Positions 35,801 to 48,400 of a stretch of 64,000 nt of DNA are shown here, one piece after another (positions within the stretch are counted from its first letter, which is position 1; each line of letters opens with the position of its first letter). The position numbers and the translations under genes are program-made. Below the pieces are notes generated by a model. It had not been told where the DNA came from, ran no database searches, and saw nothing but the letters and a program-made list of their open reading frames with translations. The DNA is from Klebsormidium nitens (Eukaryota; Plantae; Klebsormidiophyceae). Location of the stretch: the NCBI GenBank assembly GCA_000708835.1, contig DF236967.1:248001-312000 (forward strand), given 5' to 3'.

Positions 35801-38800
35801 CGTTGTACGCCTTTCGCGAGCTTGACGCACGAAGCTTCGTGTAAAGTTCCTCGTAGTCTGCTTCTACAGACAACGTTTGCTGAAGCGTGGGAATAAGGCC
35901 AGACTGTGATCATATGTTTCGAGTGAAAGGAAAGCGGTTTAAGCGCCTTTGGAAGAACTTACGGTGGGCGTTGGATCTGGTGGCGCACAGGCCTGTGTAT
36001 TGCCGTGGATGCAAGCAGACCGTCCTGCATGTGCGACCACTGAGAACATTACTTTTCGGATTAACACCCAGATCCTCAGCGAAATGGCTTCTAACGTCAG
36101 CAAAGCTATCGTTTCAGAGGTTGCTATGAGCCCTCTCAAGCGACCCGACTTTCAGGGTCTAGAAGTCAGTCAAGAGATCGGTTTTGCATTCTTGCGGCAG
36201 ACTCGGACTTTCTGGACTCTGATGATAAGTTCGCACCAACCTTTGCAGCTACGGAGTCGACAACAACGCTGAGCTGAGCTTTCCGTACCCAGATGGCTTT
36301 CAGACGACGTTGGTGAGCCTACGTCTCCTCTTTGGCGATTAAGCAACCGGAAAACGTCCGTCACTTTCAATCCGACTTCATTTGAGCCGGAGGGCTATCA
36401 GGACTCGTCAAGGTCCTCTCAACAGGATTCAGAGCTGATGAGAGCAACTAAAAGTAGCGCCTTGGTTTGTCACGAGCAATTCCAAAGTGCATTGCCTGCT
36501 CGTTTCTGGCAGAGTCCAACACGAGGCTCCATGAAAGAATCTGCTGACGTGGCGGCTTGCTACTGGTGCAGAACCAGAGCACGCCGATCCGTTACCTCAA
36601 CAACTCCCTCAACTACCGGGTCCCGCTGCGCCCGCATCTGGGAATCATGGGTGGGTAAAGCTGTCTGATTCGATTGCGCCTACTAGCATACGCCCTTTGA
36701 AACGTAACTCATCTCTTCTTCGCACTTTCTTACGAAGCCGGCTACCAATACAGACGAGCACTTTGATTTGTATCATTTTGCGGATGTCGTCGGACAACAG
36801 AAGGATACCTCGCAGCATTTGAAGAAGGGAAGAACCCGGTCTTGAGCAATCTTTCGACCGCTCGGACCTATGCCTACAAGCTCGTTGGATAACTGGACGG
36901 GATACAACCCGGCAAATCTCGCGAGCCGTCGGCTTTGCTTGCAACCCAAATGCACCGTGTCTTGTAAGCCTCTGATCGATGTATTCGTTGTTGCGGCTAC
37001 CCTTGCTAAATGGTCTGAGCGTTCCGTTCCGCGCAGGCGTGATGCCCGGCAACGGCCAGAACTACCTAAACGGCGCCCCCAACGGAACCAGGGGCGCGTC
37101 CACCGTTCCGCCCAGCCGGTTCGGCGGAAACATTGACGTAAGCTCCTATTCGAATAACATCCGCTTTTCTTGACGAGGGAGCGGTAGCTAATGGCAGAAG
37201 CAGCAGACTTCTTTAGCCATTGTAGCAGCGACGTTCGTTCTTAGCCGTTGCGTCTCTGAGCAGAAACTGGTTCCTCATTAAAGTTATCAGTTGCTTGCAA
37301 GTGTACTTGGGCGGTGGCCAGATGAAACTCGGAAGTCAACGACTTTGATACAGGGGATTTGGCGTCGGAATCTGCTTTGAAAGCTCTGTTGTCATTTTGC
37401 TCACAAACTCTGCGCTGATCGTGCAGGACTGGCGCATCGGCGCTGGCACGACCATGTACTACAGTGAGCTTCGTTTTGCCTTTTCACCCTCAAAGCAAAC
37501 CTCCTGGTTTAGGAACTGAAGTAAACGTCAGCGCGAGACAATCCTTAAAGAACTTCAGGCCATTGTTGACTGCAAACGCTCTTTTGGAACGTGTTGTTTC
37601 CCTGGCGTTTGCGAAGCTCGGTTTCCATACGCTGCACAGCTTCCGGACAATATCACACAGATTATCCTTGAGGATAGCTTTTGCAGTCCTGTGTGACCGA
37701 GGTCCCCAATAGAGCGGATTCTCATCTTGTTCTGGTCTCCCTTGCAGCCGTCGAGACTCCTGGTGCGCGACTCGTGATGGCCGACACCCACGCTGCCCAG
37801 GTAAAGCCCCATCGCGAGCGCGCGCGCTCCTCATATATGCCGAAATGTCATCCGTTCGCCCACCTCCTCGCGCAGATCTATTTGCTAAACGTCGACACGA
37901 GACTAAAAAACACGGTGCTCTCCGGCCGTAGAACCTTGCCACCACTCGTTACGCCCATCCACAAATATGACAGCCTCTCAGTCGCACGTAGCGTCACCTT
38001 TTCTACGTCTGATCTGAAATACGACGCCCGCCCCACCATAATCAGCCGCCACGCGGCCAAATCTCACTCGCTACCGCTCTTTTCCACTCTCAGGGCGACA
38101 GCGAGCTGGTGGGCACTGCGATTGAGACGTCGTTTACGGTGACGGTGCGCGTGAGCACCATCAAGAAGGCGGAGCTGCCGCCGGAGGTCGCGGGCCTCAA
38201 CTTCCCGCTGCTCGAGACGCCCACCGAGTACATCGTGCACGGGTGAGCATGGGCTGTTGACACACTTCCGAGGGAGGACCGGTCCAGTCCAGCCATTTAA
38301 AATGTTCAGTGTCAAGTCGTATGCGGTTCTTGCTGCTCGAGACGCCCACCGAGTACATCGTGAACGGGTGAGCGCCGGCGGCTTTGACACTTCACAAGGG
38401 TTGGGTGGGTTTCTTCCAGCTACTTGGAAGGTTCAGTCTCAAGACATGTGGGGTTCTTGGCACTTGCTGCTCGAGACGCCCACCAAATGCATCGTGCACG
38501 GGTGCGCGTTGCAGCACGCTTGGGAAATTTGTTAGTTCGTGCGAGTGCGGAGACCCCGGTTCGGCTGCACGTAGCCGTGCTCGTAAACGAAGCAGAAGCC
38601 GCCTGGTTTCAACTTTGACAGCTCGCCTGGGTGAAGGTCTACGTTACGGGGCCGTTTAGTGACGGTGCAATAAATGTCGATCAGCCTGGGTTTGCACGTG
38701 ACAGTCGGGTTCATAGTCAGAGGGGCACAAGGCTGCCCCCAAACGAGGACTGGTCATTCAGACCTGGCCAAGTGGATCCACATCTTTGTCCGTTCGACAC

Positions 38801-39805
38801 AAGTCGCTTGCGTGTGCCTTTCTCTTTCCTTGGTTTACGCGGTGCTGGCAGCGCTTGCAAAAGCGACAGATCTGTTCACTCGACTCGAAAGATCAGAGCG
38901 CAAGCTGCACGAGTTTGTGCCGTGATTTCATCACCTTGGAAGACAGTACGCCAGGCTGAATCCCCGTACAGTCACCTTTGCAGAGACACTTCCCGAAAGG
39001 TCTTTCCTGACGGGCCCTGTTTCCTTTCCACCGGGCAGGTACACGTACCAGAACTACCTGGACAACCTGCCGGTCCCGAGCACGGTGACCAACCTGGGCG
39101 TCGGCGACGATCTGAACAGGGCCTTCCAGACCGCGTTCAACGAGTCGCGCAACTTTTTGATGGACGTCTTCTCGCTGTCCGAGGAGGAGGCCCTGTCCGT
39201 CATGAGCACGTCCGTCGACTACAGCGTCACGCAGGTGGTCGACTCCAACTGGTGAGCGAACAGGGCCCGTCCATTGAGGATGCCCGTATGGACTTCCTCA
39301 TGGGCAGTGCAATCGGACTCTTCTTGATCCTTTTTCAGCGCGAAAATAGTCAAGGGTTTCTCGCTTTCAGTGAAGGTGACTGCTTCACATACTTGGTACT
39401 CGCTTCAGTAGTTCAGAGACAATGCGTTTGTTCTGTCCGTTTGTGAGAACGGTGCAGGGGTTCTTGACCTTCTTTTTGACCTTGAAAGGAGGTCCGCCTT
39501 TCCAAGGCCCGATCAAGTTCGCTAGACTAAGAGTAGTCTGTAGACCAAGTTACTTATTTGGTCGCACACCTTAAGTTACTGACAGCGGCCGCAATTCCTT
39601 CCACAGGGGCATCCACGGCGCCATCAAGAAGGAGGTCTTCTCTCAGTCCGTCGGCAACCGTAAGCTATTGGAGTTCTACGCCGACGAGCATGGCATCACA
39701 CGCTCGACGACGTCCTTCCCGGACACTGCTCGCCGCCAGGCTGCGCTCCGCGAGGCGGCCGCCGCAAAGTGGACCATCGGAAAACTGCTCAAAAAGTTTT
39801 TTTAG
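32847..39805 (+). CDS. Acetamidase/formamidase (FmdA_AmdA) family protein with signal peptide and P/S/T/A-rich linker; about 15 exons, roughly 560 aa
   Basis: Joined exons give VRWGYYD...VQSGDIITVEVITHEAG...GSHIVTGPIYVCGAEAGDVLQVEILSL...PHLGIMGV...PPSRFGGNIDDWRIGAGTTMYY...ADTHAAQGDSELVGTAIE...VDYSVTQVVDSNWGIHGAI, including the family's N-x-D, D-x-H and E metal-ligand motifs. N-terminus MAPHFSSCLLALFLFALVGEQVQLCSAQ. Confidence 0.9.
38207..38510 (+). repeat. Three ~130-bp units duplicating an amidase exon end, donor and following intron
   Basis: GCTGCTCGAGACGCCCACC...CATCGTG(C/A)ACGG|GTG at 38207, 38332 and 38466. Confidence 0.9.
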
Positions 39806-41823
39806 GAATTATTAGACGTCTTGGTGCGTCCTTGGTGCATCTATTGGGGAGAAGTCAAAGGTGCACTGGCTGCTGCATAAATTATTGGCTAGGTTGAGAC
39901 CGGTGCCCAGCTCTTGCGGACGGTGTGATCATTGTAGGGAGATTCTAGCTAGTTGGCATGGCGTCACTGAGTCACTACGTCGGATTCATTTTTCCTGCTA
40001 AGTGGACTCAATTCCTCGAGTCAAAGGGCTAGGGTAGAAGGTACTTAGGCATAGGTACACGTTGATTAAGTTACAGAGGCGGCGGCTGGCGCTTTGTATA
40101 CTTATGAACATCCCTGCTGCAACACAATTCGATGAAGTGTTCAACATCATGGCATCTTTGTAAAGCACATGGATGACGGCATGTAACCTAAGCGACATTG
40201 GATGGTTGGAGTATACTACCTAATTCATTGAATTGATGGACACGTATGTCTCTATCAAACATATCTTGCATGGTCCTGTCGATAAAGTGTTGGATTATGA
40301 TCGATGTCTTGCGCCGCTGTGCCAACTCCCTTTCTTCTGGAATTCGTAAGTGGCCCCTATCGCGCCCAGAAGTCATACTTAATCGATTTGTTGCAGCCCG
40401 GCACGCGCGCCAGGAGGCTGCTCAACACCAGGCGGCGCAGGGCCGCCCCCGTCAAGCAGACACTATCAACATGCCCGCCATATATTGATATCTCAGGCGG
40501 GCCGCGCGTGCAACGTTGTACTGAGTAGCATTGCACCGACGTTAATGAATGATAGCTCCAGTCAAGTCCGATCGCCTCGAAGCTTGCAAGCAATTGCAAG
40601 GACTAGGATCGTGTGTAACTGGCGGCCCAAGGCCATGCAGCTTGCCTGGCACGGCGGCACCAACGCATCAATCATCTGGACTCATGCATGCCACACGTCA
40701 ACCTTGAATTAGCTGTTCACTACACAAGGAGTTCGTATTTGATGGATAAGTGATGCAGCGCATTCCAACATCACTTTGAATCGGTGGGGGTATGAGTGAT
40801 AGCAGATTGTTTGGCCCTAACTTAGAGAGACTCGCATGCCTGCAGTCTGCTTGCGTGCGTATGGTTAGAAAGGGGATCAGACTCTGCATCCGACTCTGAC
40901 GCAATTGCAGCCCCCCGCCATGTTCTATAACACGATGAGCTCTGGCAACTGATACCTAGTCTCAATTCCAATGTACCGTTTGTGGAACTTTAAGAAGATT
41001 GAACAGGCAGCGGCACGGCCACGCATATTGCAAACAGCATATGTGTGACCTGCAATCGAGGAGGCTCCCATGATCGGGCGCCTGACCTAGTGATGAAACA
41101 CCAAGCGTAGCAAGGCAAGCCCTTGCGTGACGCAGGTGACATCTATCCATATTAGGAGCCTCGGTGTCGCACACTGGGGTGGCACTGTGGGTAAGGGTCG
41201 TAGTGGACCTAAACGCAGTTCCTGCAGAGAAAGTGCTGGTTACAGTCCTGGCAACTCACCACAATCACGCTATCGATAGAGAGGAGTGATTATTTAAAAC
41301 TGCATCATTGAGAAGCTGCAGTAAGAGGCCTTGTTGAGGCGAAGAAGGCTAAGTGCCTGGCAGGCAAGCGTGCGGCGTCAGTCCCCGGACCGCATGAAAG
41401 CTCTCGGAACATTCTACTGAACCGCCCTTTGGAACTCCAACGGCAAGCCCTGATGCAGATCCTGCCTTCGTTCGAACGAAGGGGGACTGCTCCAGGTAAC
41501 GTGCACCACAAGTAGTTTCACTCTCTCAATCTCGGAGCGAGCAAGTCGAGTCTCCTCACCTCAATTACAGCAACGTCACTTTCCACCGTGCCGTACTTCT
41601 TCAGGAGCCCGGCCCCACAAGAGCTCCAGCCCCTCGATATAGAGCTCACTGCTTCCTTCCTGCATCTCTCTCATATATAACAGCGTGGGGTACGGTAGCG
41701 CTTATTGCTTGGCCCGAGTGTCGTATGTGGAAAAGAAGCACTTATCCGCTGAAAGGTGTCTACTAACCCTCCAGTCACCCGCGTTAGCAGACGCCTAACT
41801 TGAAGACTGGAAGTTCTTGTATT

Positions 41824-43740
41824 TTACCGCAGTCCTTCCGGTTGGTTGCTTGCACCTATCTTCTGCAAAAGCTCCTGGTTTGCTTCTGCCAGAAGCGATG
41901 CCCCCTCCGCAAGAGCTGCGGCCATCTCCTGTCTCTGTCTGCAGGCAACAAGAGTCAACCAATCAAGAGGAGATACGATGACAAAGGTGCAAATCGTTTC
42001 TATGACATTAGCATACCGTCCTCCATATCTACTGGCCACTTCTGATGATGCTGAGCGACATGATGACAGCATTGACTTCCAAACAATCATTTGACTTATG
42101 TAGCCTGTGGTTGTCTGTTATATTCCTAATCATCCTTCAGTCGGCCCGTTACTTACTTTCTGATAGTGGCAAGCGCTTCTTTCCGCCGCCTGACTTGTTC
42201 CTCTAACGCGTGCAGAACTGTTGCTTGCGCCTACAGAAGCAGACACACGTGCATCAGACGACTGGCACCAGTCTCTCGAACAAAAGACGACTGGTCCACC
42301 CCATGCATCCAAGACCCTGTCCCAAACAGCGTGTCGCATGCACAGGAAGGGACCTGGAATGCTCTCCGGCTGTCCGGTTGTAGCCAAGCATGACTCCTGC
42401 GACTGTCGACTCAGCAGACCACCTGAGACGTCGGAAGATAACCATGCCACGAGCATCAGATGCAAATGTGGTATGCACGATACGCCCTACGTCCCTTCCT
42501 AGCTCAACTTCCCCAGCGGCTACCCAGGCCGCACAAAAGTTCACATCAGACCCTGCAAATTTGGCCGCAGCCAGCTTTACCCAAACAACTAAAATCCACA
42601 AAAAAGAAAAAGAAGTCAATTCCGCACACTCTGCTGACCTGGTGCGGGCGCAGCAGGTTGAGCAGGTGGTGCATGTTCTTGAGGATGAGCCCAATGTCCT
42701 CCACCCTGCGCGCGTACTGCGACGGCCGCTCCGCCAGCACGTCCACCAGCTCAAGGTACGTGAAGACCAGCTCGCGGTTCAGCTTGCGCAGCTCCGCGGG
42801 GATGTCTGCAAACCATGGTGTTTGGATGTCTGGCTGGCAAGATGTTTCTGCCACTGGGAGGCTGGCTGGTTTGCATCATCTTGGGGCCACAAAAATGAGC
42901 ACTAGCAGAATTGGTCCAATCGTATTTCTGAAAAGATTGGTTTTGGTTGTTCACGCGCAGGGATTGAGCAGGCATGGCAAAGGAGTAACGCAATCTTGCA
43001 TTGGATGCGCCAAAATTTGTAACACAATCTTGCATTCGATGCGCCAAAGTTTGAGCTGGCCTCGAGAGGATCGATTTCGGTGGCACAATGTGCAAAGAAA
43101 GTAGTAACACAGGCATGTGGCACACAAGCGACGGAATCAACGGCGTTCATTCACGAATATGATGAGCCGGTGAGTGGTACGATGTTTTGTCATCAAGTGC
43201 TCCATACTCGGGGCATGACTTAGTGACTTCTCTTTCTCGCACATTGGGTGAACTTTTTGTGTACAACTTTATTGGAATGGCCAGAAAGCTGAACGCCGAA
43301 AGCTTACCAATGTCGCTATGTTTTGGGTAGAGTTGCCGAATCCCCTGCTGTTCCAGATTTGGAAGCTGATCCTCAGTCTGCAAATGGACCGTTGTTCATT
43401 TACACTAGGATTGTCATGATCATGTTTCAAAGACCTTGGAGCATCGGTGCGAACAAGAGTCCTGCACGCTAGCAGGTTCCACATGTTTCTTTGTTTGGAT
43501 GGAGTGCACCATTGCGCATTGCAAGTATTGGTCCCTGATTTGCCTGCGCAGAAAGAGTCAGCATTTAGCGACGCTTTGCTCTCAACAGGAACAAAAGCAC
43601 GACGTGCTGCTCACCGAGTATGTCTGGCCAAACATTGTGAAAGTTCCGTCCAGCGGGGGTGGTGGCAGAATCTGCTCGCCTTTATACCCGTCGCTGAACA
43701 ATTTAAAGTAGGGCGGCGGCGGCGGATACGTTGAGGCCAT
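41824..43740 (-). CDS. MED7: Mediator subunit 7, 183 aa; exons 43615-43740, 43308-43377, 42639-42805, 42157-42230, 41824-41938
   Basis: MASTYPPPPPYFKLF...FTMFGQTYS-TEDQLPNLEQQGIRQLYP...ELRKLNRELVFTYLELVDVLAERPSQYARRVEDIGLILKNMHHLLNLLRPHQAQATVLH. All phases fit. Confidence 0.96.
42992..43056. repeat. Two-copy ~34-bp tandem repeat in MED7 intron 2
   Basis: CAATCTTGCATT(G/C)GATGCGCCAAA(A/G)TTTG x2. Confidence 0.85.
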
Positions 43741-45447
43741 TGTGCCACGACTGCTTCCGGCCGACCGCCCGCTTCAATGAGCCAATGAGAATGAATCACC
43801 GGAAGTCGGAGAGAGTGAAAGTCTGTCTCTGTTGCAGCTCAGAAGAAGCGGCCACTTGGGTCTGGTGTTGCGTTTATGGTTTTCTTTCTTGTTGGATGGC
43901 AACCTCTTTCGGCTTCTTGGTATAAGCTCCAGCTCCAACTCATCGCTTTCGCCCAAGTGACTGACAGTGAGGGCCCAGTACGGTTACCCAATCGCTTTCT
44001 GCAAAGCGAAATTGCAACGCATTCATGGCTGCTGCATTGCATCGAAAATACGTCCTGCAGCCTCAGGAAGCAGAATGCAGGTCCCGCTGGCTCCCTGCGT
44101 CTAGGCCTATATATCAGAGTCTACCTACCTATAAATATACCGACCTACTCACTACGGTACCTAGGGTTCAGCCTGCGCACGCCGCACATGTGCATGATGA
44201 TTGATCCTCCTTGATCAGTTCCTCTAGCTGCCTGCACGGATGCCACGCTGTTCCCACGTGATGCGCAGGAGAATCGTCCGATTTGTCGAGCTGTCAAATC
44301 ATACCGCGCTGCACATGTTCCGTTGGCTCGACACGACCGGGGACTCCAGTCGGGCAAGTTCCAACCGTGCACTTCCATTTCGTCCAGCCGCTCAGCCAGC
44401 GATCGTGCCAGCTGGCAGTGCGCAACAAAAGGAGATCCCTCACAGGCTACAGCTCGGCATGCCGCCAGTCCGGACTCCGGAGTCGGACTCCGGCCGGTCG
44501 ACTCCCACTCGGAGGCTTCCCGACTCCCGACTCCCGAGTCACGATAGCATATGGCCGCTCAAGTATCAACCGTACGGCTCTGAGCCGGATCCGGCTGCTG
44601 ACCATCGATTCGCGTGATCGTACGGTCGCCGCGTATCCAATCCTGATTGTGCGACGTATCTAGTCTCCGTACATCGCTATCTGACAGTTCGGCTCACGTC
44701 ATGGAGTAATGAAGCGCTCAGCTGGACGTCACCATCGACCCCGGTAGAAGCATTCCGACGAGTTCCCGACTTCCGTCCATCCACCCGAGCGACGGTACTG
44801 TAACTTGTGACCACACCGAGCTTCTCGAATTTCCGAGTCGGGCCGCTGGACTCGGTGCATCGCAGCCGCCTTCCCAAGTTGCACCCGAGACTCGACCGCC
44901 TGTGATGATGCGGCATGGGACAAGGGAAATTTCCATCATGGGAGACTCCAAACATGCACTGGCATGCTGGCAGTTGAGAAGTGGTCAAATGTCGGCCCCC
45001 CAATGGCTTCTGAGAACACAGTGCTGCATTCACAGTGCGACAACGCCATGGCATCTCTGAATGGCTCCCGAGTCCTAAATCTTAGGACGGCGGCATGCCA
45101 ATGCGTCTTCCGTTACTAGGTATATTGTCTGCCACTGATGTGCAGGATCCTGCTGTGGTAACCAGCTCGCTGCAGCGTCCCTTGTGTCACTTGGCAGCTT
45201 CCAGTGTTGTACAACAACTGCAGTGGTCTCCCCCTAGCTTATAAGCCCCTTTTACATTGGCCGTGAGAAGCACAAAATTTGCTGAAGAATGAGACACTCA
45301 ATTGCCCTAGCTGCTTGAATGTAAGCGTCACACATTGGCCCAGCATAGCTGCTAGCAGTAAAGCTCCAGTACTGAGTCCCAGCTTGTAATTGCATTCCTT
45401 GATTCCCCCCGTTCAACAGCTACTGGGTCAAACTCACCGTCCCAATC

Positions 45448-48400
45448 ATGGCTTTCGCGGCCCCTGGAGGCGGCGCAGCCGTCTTTGAGCGGGGGCGTGG
45501 CCCTGGGTTCACCTTCTCTATGCAGCCTTCCGGGCTTTCCAACAATGCGGAAGACACCGCAGACTTGGAATTGGCAGCCCTGCAGATACAAAACACTTTG
45601 GTGCGCACACGCCATGCGACTGTGCCGATTGACGAGCGGCTGGAGGCGTATGTGAGGCAGGGGAGCAAGCTCGGGACAATTGACATCTCACATCTGAAGC
45701 CTGAGGAGCAGAAAGTGGTCGTGGAGAAGGCCCTGCAGACGACCGACCAGGACAATGAATTGTTCTTGAGGAAGCTGCGGGAGAGGGCCGCAAGGTGGGC
45801 ATAGGGCCTTTCTATTTGGCTGTGAGCTGCTTGTGATCATCTGGAAGAAAATGTGGTCTGGAGAGAGTATGCCTGATGCTGACGGTGCATTGTGATGCTG
45901 AGCGGGCTTAAAATGACTCAATGTAGCTTTTACATGATGGTGTGCTGGCCATTTGTACTGTAGTGCTCCTCGTCAATGCAGGGTTTGTCCCTCAATGTTC
46001 CATGCCCTTTTTCCAGAAAGAAGCATTGGGGCCAAAAAAGTTTGGCACCTTGCTTCTTGATTCCTAATCCTCTCGCTTCCTTGTTGGATACAACTTTGGT
46101 TTGCAAGCTTGATACCTGCCCCACAATCTCTGCGGTTCTCTCCCTTGTGTAGGGTGGGTATTGCGCCCCCGACCATTGAAGTCCGGTACGAAGACCTCTG
46201 CATCGATGCTGATGTCTATGTTGGGTCGCGAGCCCTGCCTACCCTCACCAATGCATCTCTGAACCTGGTCGAGGTATGTCAACATTTTTGAGCATGTTAT
46301 TTAACTCATCATATGTGGGCACTTGGTTGGGTTTGATTTTATTCATTGATGTATCTATGTGTTTTCCGATCATCTTTCATGTCGTATGTACCCACATCTT
46401 GAGTTGGGCAATATATAGTCTGGATGACACGACTCCTCTTTTCAAGCATTTGGCAGACATGATCTGATCTTTCATTCCTCAAGATGATAAGAGCACCGGC
46501 CTCTTGGATACTACTTCTACTAATGAAGTTGTTTTCTGCATCCTTCAATGCAGGATGTGGCGGTGCAAACTGGGGTCCTCAAGAACAAGAAACGGGACTT
46601 CGCTGTGCTGAAGAATGTGTCCGGCGTTCTCAAGCCTGTGAGTTCCCCCGCTTCGATGTGCCTGCTGATGAGTGCAGTTCGTCAGTTCTGCGGGCTTGTA
46701 AAAGATGTCATGTCATGTAAGCAATGCTCAAGCCTTATGGAAACAATTGCTAAAACTTTAAGAGGCACATTGCTTAATGTCCCATCAAAAGGGTTCGCAA
46801 GTCATATTTTTAAAAACTCTGACATGAGATTGTAAAAGCCAGCCCAATGCGTCTCTATGGTTTTTTCCTACTAAGATCACGTAACCTTTTCTCTCTGACA
46901 CAGCCCAACAGTATGGTCTTGGTAACCAACTTCTCTCAACCGAAACTCCCTCCGATTCTGCTGTCCTTCCATCCCTCATCCTCGTTCTTTTCCCCCCCAG
47001 GAGCGCATGACCCTGCTTCTGGGCCCCCCCGGCAGCGGCAAGACCACTCTGATGCTCGCCCTGGCGGGGAAGCTGTCGCGCGACTTGCGCATGAGGGGGA
47101 AGATCTCGTACAACGGGCGAGAGCTGCACGAGTTTGTGCCCCAGCGCACGGCCGCTTACATCAGCCAGGTGGACACGCACACCCCCGAGATGACGGTGCG
47201 CGAGACGTTTGATTTTGCGGCGAGAATGCAGGGGCCGGGTTACAGATCAGGTGAGGGGGGGGTCAATAAACTGCGCTTCCAGCTCTGCAGTATGTTTTGC
47301 TTGGTCCAAATAAGCAAAAGCATGGGGCACCACCCTTGCTTTCCATGATGTTTATGCTTTTAGGGTTTTGGGCTTCAGGATACGTAGGGCTCCCTCTTAC
47401 TCCTGCTTCATACAACACAGCTCGCCGCTTACTTGTGAGCACTTTTGAAAGAGTGGCAGGATAATCATGTTGAAGGTCAGGGGCAGCAAGCCATGTAGGG
47501 GGATCTTTCCAGGAAAAGAGGCTGGATTTTGGCTTTGGGTTTCTGAGCTGCTGAATACTGAAACTGCCGTGTACTCATGTAGGTAATGTGGGGACCTAGT
47601 AATCAGTTGCGACGCGCTTACTTATTACTACCTTGGATCTGCAGGGCTGCTCAAGGAGCTGACCAAGAGAGAGTTGGAGAAGAAGATCATGCCCGATCCT
47701 GACATCGACGCCTTCATCAAAGTGAGCTTGGAATTGCCTTCTGCCAGGTTCTCCCCACAAGATGGCGTCTTGTTTTTGACGCCCTCCTTGCAATAGAATC
47801 TTACAGGTAGGCTTAGTAACAAGCAGTAACAGACAACTTGTACTACAGTAATCTGCTCATATTCTGCCAGGTTCTCCTCACAAGACGGCGTCTTGTTTTT
47901 TATGCCCTCCTTGCAATAGAGTCTTACAGGCAGGCTTAGTAACAAGCAGTGACAGACAACTTGTACTACAGTAATCAGCTCATATTCTGCCATGTAGAGT
48001 CGCCCACTTCGAATAAGGTGAGATTTGCTTACTCAAATGTACTCTCAGACCAGAGGAGCCTCAAGACTCGAGACCCAGAAGGTCTGAACAACTAGATGAA
48101 GAAAGCCGATGGTGACGTGCAATTTGTGGCTCAACATCGGGTTCGGCATGCAGGCTGCCTCTTTGGAAAACAAGCAGCAAAGTGTTTCCACAGAGTACAT
48201 CTTGCGGACCCTCGGCCTGGACGTGTGCGCAGACACAATCGTGGGAGGAGAGGTCAGCCTTTACGCCTCTTGTAGCTGTCTCTCAAAGCAGGACCGGCTT
48301 TGGGCTTATGCGCGAACGAAGATGGCGTTCTTGCATCTGGAAGCATTGTCTTTGCCTGAGAGTGATCTTGTGAGGTCACGTGATCAGCACTCTGAGCGCG

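Noticed and set aside
32187-44132. 14-bp inverted repeat pair that would enclose the amidase and MED7 as one giant element
   Set aside because: The left copy already pairs with 31844 as a small element, there is no shared target-site duplication, and MED7 is an ordinary single-copy gene.
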